Of a stretch of 52,369 nt of DNA, positions 52,285 to 52,369 are shown piece by piece. The stretch's first letter is position 1; each line of letters starts with the position of its first letter. The DNA is taken from positions 1 to 52,369 of the forward strand of contig CAYTIA010000006.1 in the NCBI GenBank assembly GCA_964437755.1, in the 5' to 3' direction. The notes below the pieces were generated by a model that was not told the origin of the DNA, did not search any database, and saw only the letters and a list, made by a program, of their open reading frames with translations. A program made the position numbers and the translations under genes. The stretch comes from an uncultured Pseudomonadales bacterium. GTDB lineage: Bacteria; Patescibacteriota; Microgenomatia; UBA1400; PJMF01.

Positions 52285-52369
52285 CGGAAGGGGTGGGACT
52301 CGAACCCACGAAGCCCGTGAGGGCGCCGGTTTTCGAAACCGGTGCAATAGACCGCTATGCGACCCTTCC
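52285..52369 (-). tRNA. tRNA-Ser (anticodon CGA)
   Basis: Acceptor stem GGAAGGG/CCCTTCC, anticodon arm CCGGT-TTCGAAA-ACCGG, long variable arm, GGTTCGAGTCC T arm, G discriminator; CCA not encoded. Confidence 0.95.

Noticed and set aside
52253-52309. ORF-track start of the last ORF (MGSSPTPSA...)
   Set aside because: It begins inside the tRNA T arm; the likely start is ATG 52252.
1-52369. Alternative genetic code (UGA = Gly, as in Gracilibacteria/Absconditabacteria)
   Set aside because: Core genes are full length under code 11, and ybeY ends at a TGA right after its terminal motif.

Overview
AT-rich bacterial chromosomal window using the standard genetic code. Compact gene content and divergent housekeeping proteins suggest Patescibacteria/CPR, Microgenomates-like (inference). 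I found no CRISPR array, rRNA, integrase or transposase. Left to right: (1) the truncated start of a nucleotidyltransferase-like gene; (2) an ArsR-headed arsR-arsE-arsP-arsF-arsG-like organoarsenical cassette extended by four more Cys-motif genes; (3) an accessory block with a metallophosphoesterase, a 1384-aa protein fusing a minimal COOH-NH2-ligase (amidoligase-like) domain to a long HEAT-like solenoid, a DpsL thioferritin, an SDR, and degenerate HD and HAD proteins; (4) housekeeping genes fbaB, rdgB, ybaB, dnaX, ybeY, gltX, a D,D-carboxypeptidase, aspS, metG and tatD; (5) a surface-glycosylation cluster (GT2, GT-C, WecA-like, UbiA-type phosphoribosyltransferase, GalU); (6) a CsoR-family regulator with its operator in front of trxA-trxB; (7) dnaG and an acetate-CoA ligase / CoaD-CoaE fusion / CoA-binding protein module; (8) RRM, TPM, LemA, upp, Nudix, a SelO-like orphan and tRNA-Ser(CGA) at the edge. 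Best leads: the extended Cys-relay ars operon, the amidoligase-HEAT giant, an AspRS-YbaK fusion, two unrelated orphan ORFs ending in the same 20-bp DQSDQ-stop sequence between ybaB and dnaX, a complete promoter/uORF/antiterminator/terminator attenuator, a His-less CsoR controlling thioredoxin, a CoaD-CoaE fusion, and a candidate dnaX gamma slippage site. All family calls are by-eye motif recognition; no database searches were run.
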